Below are positions 1-9,496 of a stretch of 64,000 bases of DNA, in pieces (within the stretch, counting starts at the first letter, position 1; each line of letters opens with the position of its first letter). This DNA comes from Escherichia phage AV117: the sequence record OR352947.1, one strand, 5' to 3'. The notes beneath the pieces were generated by a model. That model was not told the DNA's origin. It saw only the letters and a program-made list of their open reading frames with translations, and did not search any database. Both the position numbers and the translations under genes were made by a program.

Positions 1-342
1 GTGTTGAAGTTTGCAGGCAAAGCATCTGATTTCGGTTTAGAAATAAATTTAGCGACGTTAGGATATGCCTTAAATGCTTCTTCTGCATCAGTACCACCAG
101 AAATCATAAATTTCCAGAAATCTTCAGCATATTCATAAGAGATGCGATTAATACGTGGGTCGGTCATTTTGAATGATGAAGGGGTATCAACAACTACTGT
201 CATAGACCCAATTTCATTACAACGTCCAATACGAGAATCAGTAACGAACTGTGGATTTTCTAAAATTTCACGATTGACAGCTTTAAATGCGGATTGAAAA
301 TCTTCGGCTTTAATATATTTCATTGTGTTATGTTTTCCCATG
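1..342 (-). CDS. hypothetical protein, N-terminal fragment (gene continues past window edge)
   Basis: ATG at 342..340 on minus strand, frame open to position 1 (114 codons, MGKHNTMKYIKAEDF...); only weak DxRxG/VVDTP resemblance to thymidylate-synthase-like dNMP hydroxymethylase N-termini. Confidence 0.4.
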
Positions 343-579
343 TTTACCTCAATACAGTTATTATATACTCAATTCATAAAGCTTATTTGAATTTCTTAGC
401 GATGTTGATATAACGTAGAGCTTCGGCTTAGTATTCCAATTGAACAGGTCCTTTAATCACTTTAGCCGCTTTAGTTTCAAAAAGGCCCTTATGGGCCTTT
501 TTAAGAATTTGTTCGTTGCTGTTAATTTTAATAGTCAAAATCTCTTCGTTAAGTTGGTGGTTAAAAGTTTTTCTAGAAA

Positions 580-1740
580 TCATTCTGGGTACCTCAAAGC
601 GTCATCAGAGTTAGTTATATCAATAATAGATATAGAGTTTTCTGATAACCCATTTTTAGATAACTGACGTTTATAATATCTTTCACAATATGTACACGTC
701 GTCCCACAGATTTCATTAGCACAATCGAAATCTGGATGTTTGAACCACCTTTTTTCTAAAAAGCCGTCTAACAAAGAGGTTTCAATATTTACCGTATGTG
801 AAAACTCAGTCTCATTTTCAAGAGTGAAAATGGTCTCTAAAGGCTTCCACAATTCCAACAAATTACCTTCAAATTTTTCAGAAGCATAAGCTTCAAGAAC
901 TTTCAAAATGTAGTCTGTGCTACCTGTACGTCCTGAAACTTTGAATTGAGTGATACCAATATCATTATAAAGTTTCAAATCTTGAGGACGAACAAAACGA
1001 GTTCTCAACCAGTTAAATGGGTCTGTATCACGAGCTTTAATACAGTGTTGCATTGGATATCCATTTAAGGATTTGGCATCATCTACTGTAACGTCAGTGC
1101 TATGGAAAATATAGCAAGAGTCACGATAGCTACAATGTGTTGTATACCCTTTACCAGCATTAGAACAGAACTCATTTACAAGAACTTCAAATATTATATT
1201 GTTCTTATTACAAAACTCTGCTGCACGTTTCAGGAAAGAAACTGAACGGTTCTTATGAATTCCACAGCAGACCTTTTTGATATTATATTGGTCATGCAAG
1301 TATTTGATTTGAGTTACAGCATCGACATGTAGAATTGTTGAAACTTCAATCTCAATGTCTTTATTGACTTCACGAACAATTTCCATAACAACAGGGTTAG
1401 CGATAGTAATACGCCATACGCCTATTGACCAAAGATACTGAACATAATCCTGAATAGCTTTCTTCTTCCACTCAACTAGTTCTCTTTTTGAACCAGGATT
1501 TATCGTGTTGAGTGTATAGTTAAAGCAAATACCTAATTCGTTACAACGTTTAACGTAATCTTCTAACATCTTTTTGTCAACGTCAGGAAGCCTAAAATCA
1601 GGTCTGGCTGCTACAAAAGCCATTTCTCTTGTAGAGCCGTATACTTCGTTTATCAAGCTATTAGGATAAGTTTTATTGAGCTCTACGATTTTATCAAGAA
1701 GAGCTAAATCAAAATTCGTTCCGATTTTAAAAGTATTCAT
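580..1740 (-). CDS. peptidase U32-family protein (Fe-S, RlhA/TrhP/UbiU-like fold)
   Basis: 386 aa; U32 blocks ITIANPVVMEIVREV...IEVSTILHV, Cys-rich EFCSNAGKGYTTHCSY signature region with four Cys, KVSGRTGSTDY motif. Confidence 0.75.
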   Translation of the reverse strand: MNTFKIGTNFDLALLDKIVELNKTYPNSLINEVYGSTREMAFVAARPDFRLPDVDKKMLEDYVKRCNELGICFNYTLNTINPGSKRELVEWKKKAIQDYVQYLWSIGVWRITIANPVVMEIVREVNKDIEIEVSTILHVDAVTQIKYLHDQYNIKKVCCGIHKNRSVSFLKRAAEFCNKNNIIFEVLVNEFCSNAGKGYTTHCSYRDSCYIFHSTDVTVDDAKSLNGYPMQHCIKARDTDPFNWLRTRFVRPQDLKLYNDIGITQFKVSGRTGSTDYILKVLEAYASEKFEGNLLELWKPLETIFTLENETEFSHTVNIETSLLDGFLEKRWFKHPDFDCANEICGTTCTYCERYYKRQLSKNGLSENSISIIDITNSDDALRYPE

Positions 1741-1800
1741 TTTTTTTTTTGCATCCCACGTTAATTGATGCGATGGTTTTTGCAGGTCTTACTTAAATTA

Positions 1801-2202
1801 TTATAGATTCGGTTTATATGATTTAAATGTTTCGAATTCGCCTTTATTCATAAGAGCTTTGAATTCGTCAGGACGCATAGCTTTGTCGTCGATAATCCAA
1901 TCATATACTGGTTTATGTGTTAGCAAATTATGGTACTTCAATCCAATGTTTGCCAAGTTCTGAATCAGACTTGGGAGAATGTCAATTGCTATACGACCAG
2001 GACCGACTGACTTCATACCGCGAGCAGTGTAAAGCGTTATGGTATGCCCTGCATCATACAGGGCATTAATGGCAGACACCATTTCGACGTCTGGTTTGAA
2101 GTTCACGTAATCACGATTGTTATTCCACTCTGTTATACAATCATCGACATCAAAACAAAGATTAAGCATGTTTTCTACACGGTGCATTAGATTCGTTCCC
2201 AT
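1801..2202 (-). CDS. HAD-superfamily phosphatase (small, KdsC-like)
   Basis: 133 aa; HAD motif I LCFDVDDCIT near N-terminus and C-terminal WIIDDK acidic motif; start overlaps 3' end of upstream kinase/NTase gene. Confidence 0.6.
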   Translation of the reverse strand: MGTNLMHRVENMLNLCFDVDDCITEWNNNRDYVNFKPDVEMVSAINALYDAGHTITLYTARGMKSVGPGRIAIDILPSLIQNLANIGLKYHNLLTHKPVYDWIIDDKAMRPDEFKALMNKGEFETFKSYKPNL

Positions 2203-3872
2203 TGATGAGTGATATCGCCACCGATTGGACGATAAGAAACACCGGTTTCTTTATCAGTTAGTACCCATTTACCAGGATTTTTTGTAATCAGAGTAGCCGT
2301 TACAGGTTCTGCTACGTCATAACTAATAGAGCCGTCCTGAAGTACACGGCCCATGTTACGTAATTGCTTAGTCAGAAGTTCCATACCTTTATAATATGCG
2401 GCTACCGCTTTAAGTGGATTATTCTTGAAATAACCACCTAATGCAATCCAGATAATTGCCGCTGCCAAATGATGATACTCGTTAAACGAACTCATCTTTC
2501 CATATTTGTAAACTAATGGATTGATGTTAATAGACACATTACAAGTTGTTTCATCGATAGTAAACTGTCCCCAGGTCGGATTAGCATTGAATTCATCATA
2601 ACCTGAAACAGCGTAAAGCACTTTAGCTTCATCATACAATTTTGGGCCGTAAATCTTGGTTTCGCCAAAATATCCACGAGGGTCGATAAACTTGACTTCG
2701 CCGTTATCAGTAATCATAGTATTACTGAAGTTCGGGTCACCATGAATAACAGAGTACTGTCCCTGAGAACGGTTATGATAACGAATAAGGTGTTCTAAAG
2801 CTTGTTTCAGCATTGGTTTCAGACGCCCAATCTTAGTGTAGTTCACATGTGTGATTTTACCAAATGAATCAATCAATGGTTGAATACTTTCACAACGATC
2901 AATGACTTTAGTATAGAATTCTTTAGTGAAATCACGACGAACAGTTTCAGGACTTACAAAATAAGTGTCTGTGCTGAATTTCAGTGCGTCTAAAATTGCA
3001 TCAACAATTTGTGGACGAGCAAGACTCGATTTGGATTTAATATATTCAAATGCTGGCTTACCTTTAATGCGTTCCATTTCAAAGTTATTTTCATTAACAG
3101 AAACTAACTGAGGAACTGAATCTGATTTCACTTTAAGATACCATGAAATCTCATCTTTCTGAAGAGCTCGACCCTGTTCGGTTAATGCGAATTTAGTTAC
3201 AGTTTCTTCACCAATTTCAACTGCATTAAAACTACGATTAAGTTCACGAACTTCATGAGCTTTTTCAAGTTTAGGCATATCACCTAAATCAATTAGATTC
3301 ATAAGCTCTGATTTATTGAATGCGCTGCCGTAAAGGAATTCTACGAAATCGCGTCCTTTGCAGTATTCATGAATTTCCTCATCAGTAGAACCCATATAGA
3401 ATTCCCAGTCTTTGAACTGATAAATTCCTACAACATTACCACCTGTTGAACCTACGTTAGTGATATTTTCACCGTCGAAATTATATCGACATTCGTCACC
3501 CTTAACATAGATTGCGTTAACATTCCAAGACCATGAACCAAAATCAGGAATAATATCACACCAGTTAACAATTACATTATGGCCGTCTAAATCTTTGTGC
3601 AATTTAGCAAGAGCATAAGCAGAACCATACGCTTCATCAACTGTACGAATAGTCACATTGAACCCTTCTTGCTCACAATAAGCTCGAACAGTTTCAGCAA
3701 ATTTTGAATGAACTACTACAATAATTTCATCTGCGCCAAGGTCAGAATAAATTGTATACAAATTGCTCAGAATAGTGTCTTGTTTATAATTAACAAGCAC
3801 CTTAGGAATATGATGCGTTATTGGATACAAACGAGTTGCCAGTCCAGCACCAAGAATAACAGCTTTTTTCAT
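2187..3872 (-). CDS. bifunctional sugar nucleotidyltransferase / sugar 1-kinase (NDP-sugar synthesis)
   Basis: 561 aa; N-terminal MKKAVILGAGLATRLYPIT is the GxGxR NTP-transferase signature (RmlA/GlmU-like); C-terminal HGDPNFSN and DPRGYFG resemble the catalytic loop of APH/choline-kinase-like kinases. Confidence 0.75.
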   Translation of the reverse strand: MKKAVILGAGLATRLYPITHHIPKVLVNYKQDTILSNLYTIYSDLGADEIIVVVHSKFAETVRAYCEQEGFNVTIRTVDEAYGSAYALAKLHKDLDGHNVIVNWCDIIPDFGSWSWNVNAIYVKGDECRYNFDGENITNVGSTGGNVVGIYQFKDWEFYMGSTDEEIHEYCKGRDFVEFLYGSAFNKSELMNLIDLGDMPKLEKAHEVRELNRSFNAVEIGEETVTKFALTEQGRALQKDEISWYLKVKSDSVPQLVSVNENNFEMERIKGKPAFEYIKSKSSLARPQIVDAILDALKFSTDTYFVSPETVRRDFTKEFYTKVIDRCESIQPLIDSFGKITHVNYTKIGRLKPMLKQALEHLIRYHNRSQGQYSVIHGDPNFSNTMITDNGEVKFIDPRGYFGETKIYGPKLYDEAKVLYAVSGYDEFNANPTWGQFTIDETTCNVSININPLVYKYGKMSSFNEYHHLAAAIIWIALGGYFKNNPLKAVAAYYKGMELLTKQLRNMGRVLQDGSISYDVAEPVTATLITKNPGKWVLTDKETGVSYRPIGGDITHQWERI

Positions 3873-3913
3873 GTTGTGGTCCTCATTGGTAAGTAGGAGT
3901 ATTGTACACTATT

Positions 3914-4057
3914 CTAGTTAAAGCATTCATACTTTGCTTGTAGTCCAATCATAATCCATCCGATTATAAGAGTCGGAACCATTACTGGAGCCGTTAAGCT
4001 CCAGTAGATAGTCATGACAAGCATCAATAGTAAAAGTCCTATTGTTATTGCTTTCAT
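3914..4057 (-). CDS. small hydrophobic membrane peptide (47 aa)
   Basis: ATG overlaps stop of upstream SIS gene (ATGA); MKAITIGLLLLMLVMTIYWSLTAPVMVPTLIIGWIMIGLQAKYECFN, two hydrophobic segments; below ORF-track size cutoff. Confidence 0.4.
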   Translation of the reverse strand: MKAITIGLLLLMLVMTIYWSLTAPVMVPTLIIGWIMIGLQAKYECFN

Positions 4058-4689
4058 TGTTCGCCTCGTAACATGGCACCTAGTGCACCGCCAGGGTGGA
4101 ACTTAAGGAAGTCATTAGAGGTAAATCCACGCTCAGACGAAAGGTTGATAGCAAACGTATCGATAAGCGCTAACAACAATGTAGTGGACATAGTCGGAGC
4201 CAGAGAATTCTCATCAACCTCTACTGCGATGCCTGTACAGAAAGAGTAATCAAAAAGGGCTTCATTTTCTTGTGGAATGTCTGGGTTACAATGCAACAGA
4301 ATCTGTTTGACGTTAGGACGAATCATTTTAAGATGCTTAGCCACGCCTATCATTTCTTCAGTTTTACCAGAACGACTAATATGAATCAACACATCATTAG
4401 GCGCAATGAATCCTGCATCACCGTGAGAATAATGCCCAGTGTTCAAGTACATACTCGGGATACCGAGTGAAGCAAATGTCTCAGAAGCTTTAGTTGCAAT
4501 ATTAGCATTCTTACCAACACCCGTAATAATTACTCGGCTTTCATAATTACTAAGTCCAGGGCGTCGAAGAGTTTCTAGAATAGCATTATAACGAGCAGGG
4601 TTTTGACTAATTACTTTGGCCATAGCGGCCAAAGAAGAAGCTTGTTTTATGATTGCGTCAATAGCGATAGTAATAGGAGTAGTTTTCAT
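4054..4689 (-). CDS. SIS-domain D-arabinose-5-phosphate isomerase (KdsD/KpsF-type, no CBS domains)
   Basis: 211 aa; ITGVGKNANIATK and LIHISRSGKTEE SIS motifs; C-terminal APTMSTT...RGFTSNDF...HPGGALG matches KdsD SIS domain. Confidence 0.8.
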   Translation of the reverse strand: MKTTPITIAIDAIIKQASSLAAMAKVISQNPARYNAILETLRRPGLSNYESRVIITGVGKNANIATKASETFASLGIPSMYLNTGHYSHGDAGFIAPNDVLIHISRSGKTEEMIGVAKHLKMIRPNVKQILLHCNPDIPQENEALFDYSFCTGIAVEVDENSLAPTMSTTLLLALIDTFAINLSSERGFTSNDFLKFHPGGALGAMLRGEQ

Positions 4690-4729
4690 ATTTCTCTCAT
4701 TTAATTAGTTTACCGTCCATGACATTATA

Positions 4730-7441
4730 TCAAAAATCGAACATATCGAACAGAGATGCTTTCTTCTCGTAATCGAGTTTCGCTGCTGATGTGAATCCTT
4801 CAAGTGGTTTAATAAATGTCTTCTCAAGGAGAACAGTGTAGTCCATCCAATGAAGTACGTCGTCTTTAATTAAATCTGTGATTTCAGTACCAGAAGGCCA
4901 TGCGATACATTTATCACCGAATGGGTTTCCTTCACGTAAAGGCAGAACATATACTTTTTCACCTTCTACAACTTGCGGTGCATCGATATTACCTTTGATA
5001 GCCCGGTTATACGTCAGAATTCCACGAATATGGAATGGACATTTAGGACCAGGGAATCCACCTACATCATATTTAGCAATGTTATTCGCAGAAGATACCG
5101 ACGCGATGCTAATATAATTCAATTGACGGAATTCTTTTTCAAACTCTTTAAAATATTCTTGTAATGATTCTTCACCTTCTTGAAGCATACGACGAATACA
5201 TTCTTTAAGAGCTTTCTGTACTGCTTTAGGAGTCGAAGATTTCTGAGTCTCTAGACCCATGATTTTGAGTTTAGGCTCAGCGTAACGAGTACCTTCCATA
5301 TCCCACACGTTTAATGCATAACGTTTCTTACCAGTCCAGAATCCGCCAATACCTTTAGAACCAAGCGGAGGCCCAGCGATAGCTTCTCGGTCCATGAACA
5401 TTAAGTGTTGTTTATTGTTCATGTATTCACACATTTCACGGAAACCTCTATCAATAGCTGGTTCCATACGTTCACGTGCAAACTTATCTAAGAAGTCTAC
5501 CCAATGGTTGGTATCACGGAATTTAGATTCACCAACCTTATCGATAATTTTATCAGCAGATACGTAAATAGAGTCTGTATCACCGTAAAGAACGAAAGCT
5601 TCACCTTCTGTGCCACAAACTTCATTCAGATATTCATTAACTTTACGTTCAATCCACTGTAAAGCCATTTGACCAAATGTTGTGATTGCAGTAGCATTAC
5701 GCAAATCATAATAACGGAACCAAACGTTTCCAAGTGCACCATAAAGTGAGTTGATAAGCAATTTACGGTTAATTTGGGCAGTCATACCTGCAACTTCAGT
5801 ACGTTGAGCTCTAAACAACATTTCATTAAGAGATTTAGCAGACAACTTTTTAATCTTTTCTTTAATCTCATCACTGAAGTCGAAACGATAATCAACATCT
5901 AATGGTTCGTCAACAGAAAGATTAGGATTATGCAATGCCTCTTTAATTATTTCACCATTACGTTGAGCTGCAAGCATGTAACCTTTATGTTCTTTACGTT
6001 GATTAAAGACCTTAGTGATTTCGGTTGGAACTACACCGTCACGGTCTTTATAATACATCATGCCGTTAGGAGAACAACTGTACACATCAGAAGGACGCTC
6101 AGCGATTGCGTTAATATAATCATGCAGTGGAGCTACTTTAAACGTTCCTGCTATTGTTTCTGGGCTAATATTCACTTGGCGAATAATACTTGGATACAGA
6201 GATGTAAGGTCGAAACTCATTACATATTTGTATCGATTTGGAATAGGTTCCTTAACAAAAGCGCCAGGATAAGGTTGAACCGGGTGAGAACGACCTTGTG
6301 GAATCACCTTGTTCTGCTCTTTAAGGCTATTAAAAATAATAGCATCCCATGTTTTAATTGGACTAAACACAGATTGAATCTGTATCTTAGCATAATAACC
6401 CATGTCCAAGCTCAAGTTAATGAACTGACGTTTACCATCAATTTGCAATACACGATACACGTCGATAATGTTATAAGAAATATATCGTTGGTGATTGCTT
6501 TCACGAAGCTTAGAAATAGGGCCGTCATATTTCAGTTTACCAACGTTCAATTCAAATTCTGAAATGTAATCCAGAGAATATGATGGTTGATTGGTAAAAG
6601 AGAATTTTTTGTAAAGGTCAATGTAATCAAGAACAGAGATACCGAACAATGTAATGATTTCACGAGAACCATACATGTTTTCGATAACTTTAACACGAGT
6701 TTTACGATGTGGTGACAACCGTTTTGCTGTGGATTCGCCAAAAATATTCTTGATTCGGTTATACACATATGGAATATCAAATGACTCAACGTTCCATCCA
6801 GTCAAAATGACAGGAGTTTTCTGTTGCCAGAAGTTGAGATATTCCATCAACAATTCTTTTTCGTTATCGAACGGCATATAAATGATTTTATCGATAATTT
6901 CGGATGGAACTTCATCACCACCTTGTTCTTGAAGCTTAGCCGCAATTTCGATAGACCATTCTTCTACATTACCATATGGAGAATTCAATAGATCAAATAC
7001 GTAGAACCTGTCGTCAATTGAGTCATAATGGGTGATAGCATCAATCGGATGTTTTGCTTGTGACGGCTCAGGGAACCCGTCCGGAGATGTTACTTCGATG
7101 TCGAAGTTAGCCACACGAATTTTTGTATGGTCGTATTTGATTTCATAGTTATAAGTGTCAGACAAATACGCTAATTTGAAATCGTCCATGCCAAGTGCTT
7201 CAAGTCCGATATCTTCCATGCGTTTAATCCATTGGGAGGCATCACGCATATTGGCGAACAACTTACGAGTACACGGCTTACCGTAGATATCGAAATATTT
7301 CGTAGCCTGACTTTCTGGACAATGAGCAAACAGTGATGGTTTATATTCTACTTCACGAGTACGTTCACGGCCATTAGAATCGATGTAACGTTCAAAAATT
7401 GAATCACCAATCTGTTCAACCGTTAAGTAAAATTCTTTCAT
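4730..7441 (-). CDS. 43: DNA polymerase gp43 (family B with 3'-5' exonuclease)
   Basis: 903 aa; exo motifs FDIEV and YNIIDV, pol motifs DLTSLYPSII, KLLINSLYGALG, YGDTDS; sequence reads as RB69-type gp43. Confidence 0.97.
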   Translation of the reverse strand: MKEFYLTVEQIGDSIFERYIDSNGRERTREVEYKPSLFAHCPESQATKYFDIYGKPCTRKLFANMRDASQWIKRMEDIGLEALGMDDFKLAYLSDTYNYEIKYDHTKIRVANFDIEVTSPDGFPEPSQAKHPIDAITHYDSIDDRFYVFDLLNSPYGNVEEWSIEIAAKLQEQGGDEVPSEIIDKIIYMPFDNEKELLMEYLNFWQQKTPVILTGWNVESFDIPYVYNRIKNIFGESTAKRLSPHRKTRVKVIENMYGSREIITLFGISVLDYIDLYKKFSFTNQPSYSLDYISEFELNVGKLKYDGPISKLRESNHQRYISYNIIDVYRVLQIDGKRQFINLSLDMGYYAKIQIQSVFSPIKTWDAIIFNSLKEQNKVIPQGRSHPVQPYPGAFVKEPIPNRYKYVMSFDLTSLYPSIIRQVNISPETIAGTFKVAPLHDYINAIAERPSDVYSCSPNGMMYYKDRDGVVPTEITKVFNQRKEHKGYMLAAQRNGEIIKEALHNPNLSVDEPLDVDYRFDFSDEIKEKIKKLSAKSLNEMLFRAQRTEVAGMTAQINRKLLINSLYGALGNVWFRYYDLRNATAITTFGQMALQWIERKVNEYLNEVCGTEGEAFVLYGDTDSIYVSADKIIDKVGESKFRDTNHWVDFLDKFARERMEPAIDRGFREMCEYMNNKQHLMFMDREAIAGPPLGSKGIGGFWTGKKRYALNVWDMEGTRYAEPKLKIMGLETQKSSTPKAVQKALKECIRRMLQEGEESLQEYFKEFEKEFRQLNYISIASVSSANNIAKYDVGGFPGPKCPFHIRGILTYNRAIKGNIDAPQVVEGEKVYVLPLREGNPFGDKCIAWPSGTEITDLIKDDVLHWMDYTVLLEKTFIKPLEGFTSAAKLDYEKKASLFDMFDF

Positions 7442-7453
7442 TTAATTTCCTTT

Positions 7454-7469
7454 AGACGAGTTATTGTCT
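7454..7469 (-). promoter_or_regulatory. putative gene 43 translational operator hairpin
   Basis: mRNA AGAC-AAUAACUC-GUCU hairpin immediately upstream of the AAAGGAAA Shine-Dalgarno of gene 43; loop matches the T4 gene 43 operator loop as recalled. Confidence 0.5.
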
Positions 7470-7488
7470 TTTGTTTGTTGATGAACTT

Positions 7489-7518
7489 ATTATACTCCAA
7501 ATGGGACCGAAGTCCCAT
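7489..7518 (-). promoter_or_regulatory. intercistronic GGGAC-UUCG-GUCCC stem-loop followed by TATAAT
   Basis: minus-strand AUGGGAC-UUCG-GUCCCAU hairpin (7501..7518) then TATAAT (7489..7494) between regA and gene 43. Confidence 0.45.
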
Positions 7519-7522
7519 TGCT

Positions 7523-7891
7523 TTAATTACCAATTGTATATTTTGCTTTCAAAGTCCAGTCATCTTTCTGTTTAAAAGAGATAACACGGAAGTTATTAGT
7601 CAAGCCAAACAGATCTTCACGAGCAGAGTCTTCAATAACAATCAATCCCCAGTCTTCAAGCAACTGAGCAATCGAATCACGTCGCTGATAGTCTTCACCG
7701 TCAATATCAACCAGACGTCCGTCCATACGCAGCATTTCTTTAAAGTGGACGATGTAATATTTACCTTGCTTTTGGAGGATATGACAAGACTGGTAAAGGA
7801 CTTTATCCTTGTTATTAGCGATGCCCATACGGGTCAAAGTCTCTTTGACTTTCAGAAAATCTTCAGGGTTCTTCAATTTAATTTCAATCAT
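7523..7891 (-). CDS. regA: translational repressor RegA
   Basis: 122 aa from MIEIKLKNPEDFLKVKETLTRMGIANNKDKVLYQSCHIL, matching T4 RegA; position between 62 and 43. Confidence 0.9.
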   Translation of the reverse strand: MIEIKLKNPEDFLKVKETLTRMGIANNKDKVLYQSCHILQKQGKYYIVHFKEMLRMDGRLVDIDGEDYQRRDSIAQLLEDWGLIVIEDSAREDLFGLTNNFRVISFKQKDDWTLKAKYTIGN

Positions 7892-7893
7892 TT

Positions 7894-8457
7894 TTACCAT
7901 TCCAATGCTAATTTTTTAAATTGTTTTTGTTCTTTCACATTTTTTGTAACTTCTTTGAGAAACTCATCAGTGACCATGGCCTTCAGTTCTTTAAGGACTA
8001 TTGGCAACTTGTTATTTTTTTCAAGGAGCCGCTTATACTCAGTAGCATCATTCATGTTGATTGTGTAATGTTTCATCAACAGTTTGATAACTAGTAACTC
8101 TGAAGTGTCTTCGACTAGTTTAGCCCATTTAGAGAATCGACGACCACGAGGAATTGCCGCCATCATATAGTTGAAGTGCGCTTCATCACTTAATTCAGAA
8201 CCGACTAAGTTCATCATGTAAACAGCTGGCATACATTCTGGGAACTGGGATAATGAGTTCTCAACCATAAATTTTGAGTAGTCGACCTGAGCAATTGACA
8301 TAGATTTCTTTTCATTAATAGCATTAATGATTTTAAAGAATTCATTCTCAGGTTTTTCTTTAAACATATCAGCACATTTTTGAATCGCATCAGCGTCATT
8401 AGACTTCCATGCAATTTGGTGCTCGTTAAGCCGGACGTCATCATCGAATAAGTTCAT
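7894..8457 (-). CDS. 62: clamp loader small subunit gp62
   Basis: 187 aa, same length and position as T4 gp62 between 44 and regA. Confidence 0.85.
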   Translation of the reverse strand: MNLFDDDVRLNEHQIAWKSNDADAIQKCADMFKEKPENEFFKIINAINEKKSMSIAQVDYSKFMVENSLSQFPECMPAVYMMNLVGSELSDEAHFNYMMAAIPRGRRFSKWAKLVEDTSELLVIKLLMKHYTINMNDATEYKRLLEKNNKLPIVLKELKAMVTDEFLKEVTKNVKEQKQFKKLALEW

Positions 8458-8458
8458 A

Positions 8459-9421
8459 TTATTTCCAAGTCAGTTCGCAGGTCAGTTGAAGAAGCATATA
8501 CATAACATGTAATTCAATATTACTTGCTAATCCATGAAACTTATTGTTTTCGCCTGCAATTTCATAAAGCGAAATAATACTTTTACCAGGTGCAACTTGG
8601 TCATAACATTCTGAAACTAATTTATCGATGAACCATGAATAATCTGCGGCATATTTTGGAGCTAATGCACGAAGCTGTTTGATATCTTTGTTCTTCATTG
8701 CTTCGATAACATCAGAGACTGTGCCACGGTCATTAGTTACGATAGACAAAATACCCGCATCAAGAACACCTTTAGACGAGTACTGGTCTAATTGACCAAT
8801 TGTGCGACGAAAGTCTGGGAAGTTCTTTTTAACCAGAGCTGCAACAACTTTCATATCAGCGATTTCGATATTTTCATTCTTACAGATTTCAACCATACGA
8901 TGAATCATTTTCTTCATCATCGAGATTTTATCTTCTTCGGTTGGACGTCCGAATTCGATAACTCGACAACGACTACGTAATGGTTCAATAATTCCATCGA
9001 TGTTGTTAGCAGTAATAATAATAGAACAGTTACTAGAGAATTCTTCCATAAACGTACGAAGGTGTCGTTGTGATTCGGCGAGGCCACTACGGTCAAATTC
9101 ATCAATAACAATAACTTTAGGCTTGCCTTCCATTGAGACTGAACGAGCGAATGCGGTTAACGGACCCCGCACAAAATCAATCTTACAATCAGAACCGTTG
9201 ACGAACATCATTTCGGCATTGATATCATTACATAATGCTTTTGCTACGGTTGTTTTACCTGTACCAGGAGAAGGAGAGTGCAAAATAATATGAGGAAGTT
9301 TTCCTTTAGATACTAAAGACTTGAATGTTTCATGGTCATACGCAGGCAGAATACATTCGTCAATGGAAGAAGGACGATATTTCTGTTCTAGAATGTGTTC
9401 TTTGGAATTGATAGTAATCAT
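8459..9421 (-). CDS. 44: clamp loader ATPase gp44
   Basis: 320 aa; Walker [11 protein letters not shown], Walker B VIVIDEFD; T4 gp44 position. Confidence 0.92.
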   Translation of the reverse strand: MITINSKEHILEQKYRPSSIDECILPAYDHETFKSLVSKGKLPHIILHSPSPGTGKTTVAKALCNDINAEMMFVNGSDCKIDFVRGPLTAFARSVSMEGKPKVIVIDEFDRSGLAESQRHLRTFMEEFSSNCSIIITANNIDGIIEPLRSRCRVIEFGRPTEEDKISMMKKMIHRMVEICKNENIEIADMKVVAALVKKNFPDFRRTIGQLDQYSSKGVLDAGILSIVTNDRGTVSDVIEAMKNKDIKQLRALAPKYAADYSWFIDKLVSECYDQVAPGKSIISLYEIAGENNKFHGLASNIELHVMYMLLQLTCELTWK

Positions 9422-9496
9422 GTAATTTTCCTCATTATCATTAAACTGGAGGATTTCTCCTCCATAATCGTATCACAATAAACGTAAAGCTTTAAC

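Noticed and set aside
580-1740. U32 gene read as a collagenase or secreted peptidase
   Set aside because: No signal peptide and a conserved Cys cluster; current knowledge links the family to Fe-S hydroxylases, so a protease call is unsupported.
3925-3960. Plus-strand MotA-box-like TTTGCTT followed by CATAAT
   Set aside because: Oriented against all local genes and inside a probable small minus-strand ORF; likely chance match.
5930-6562. 210-codon plus-strand ORF inside the gene 43 region
   Set aside because: Lies antisense within the DNA polymerase coding sequence; low-complexity translation, no RBS; shadow ORF.
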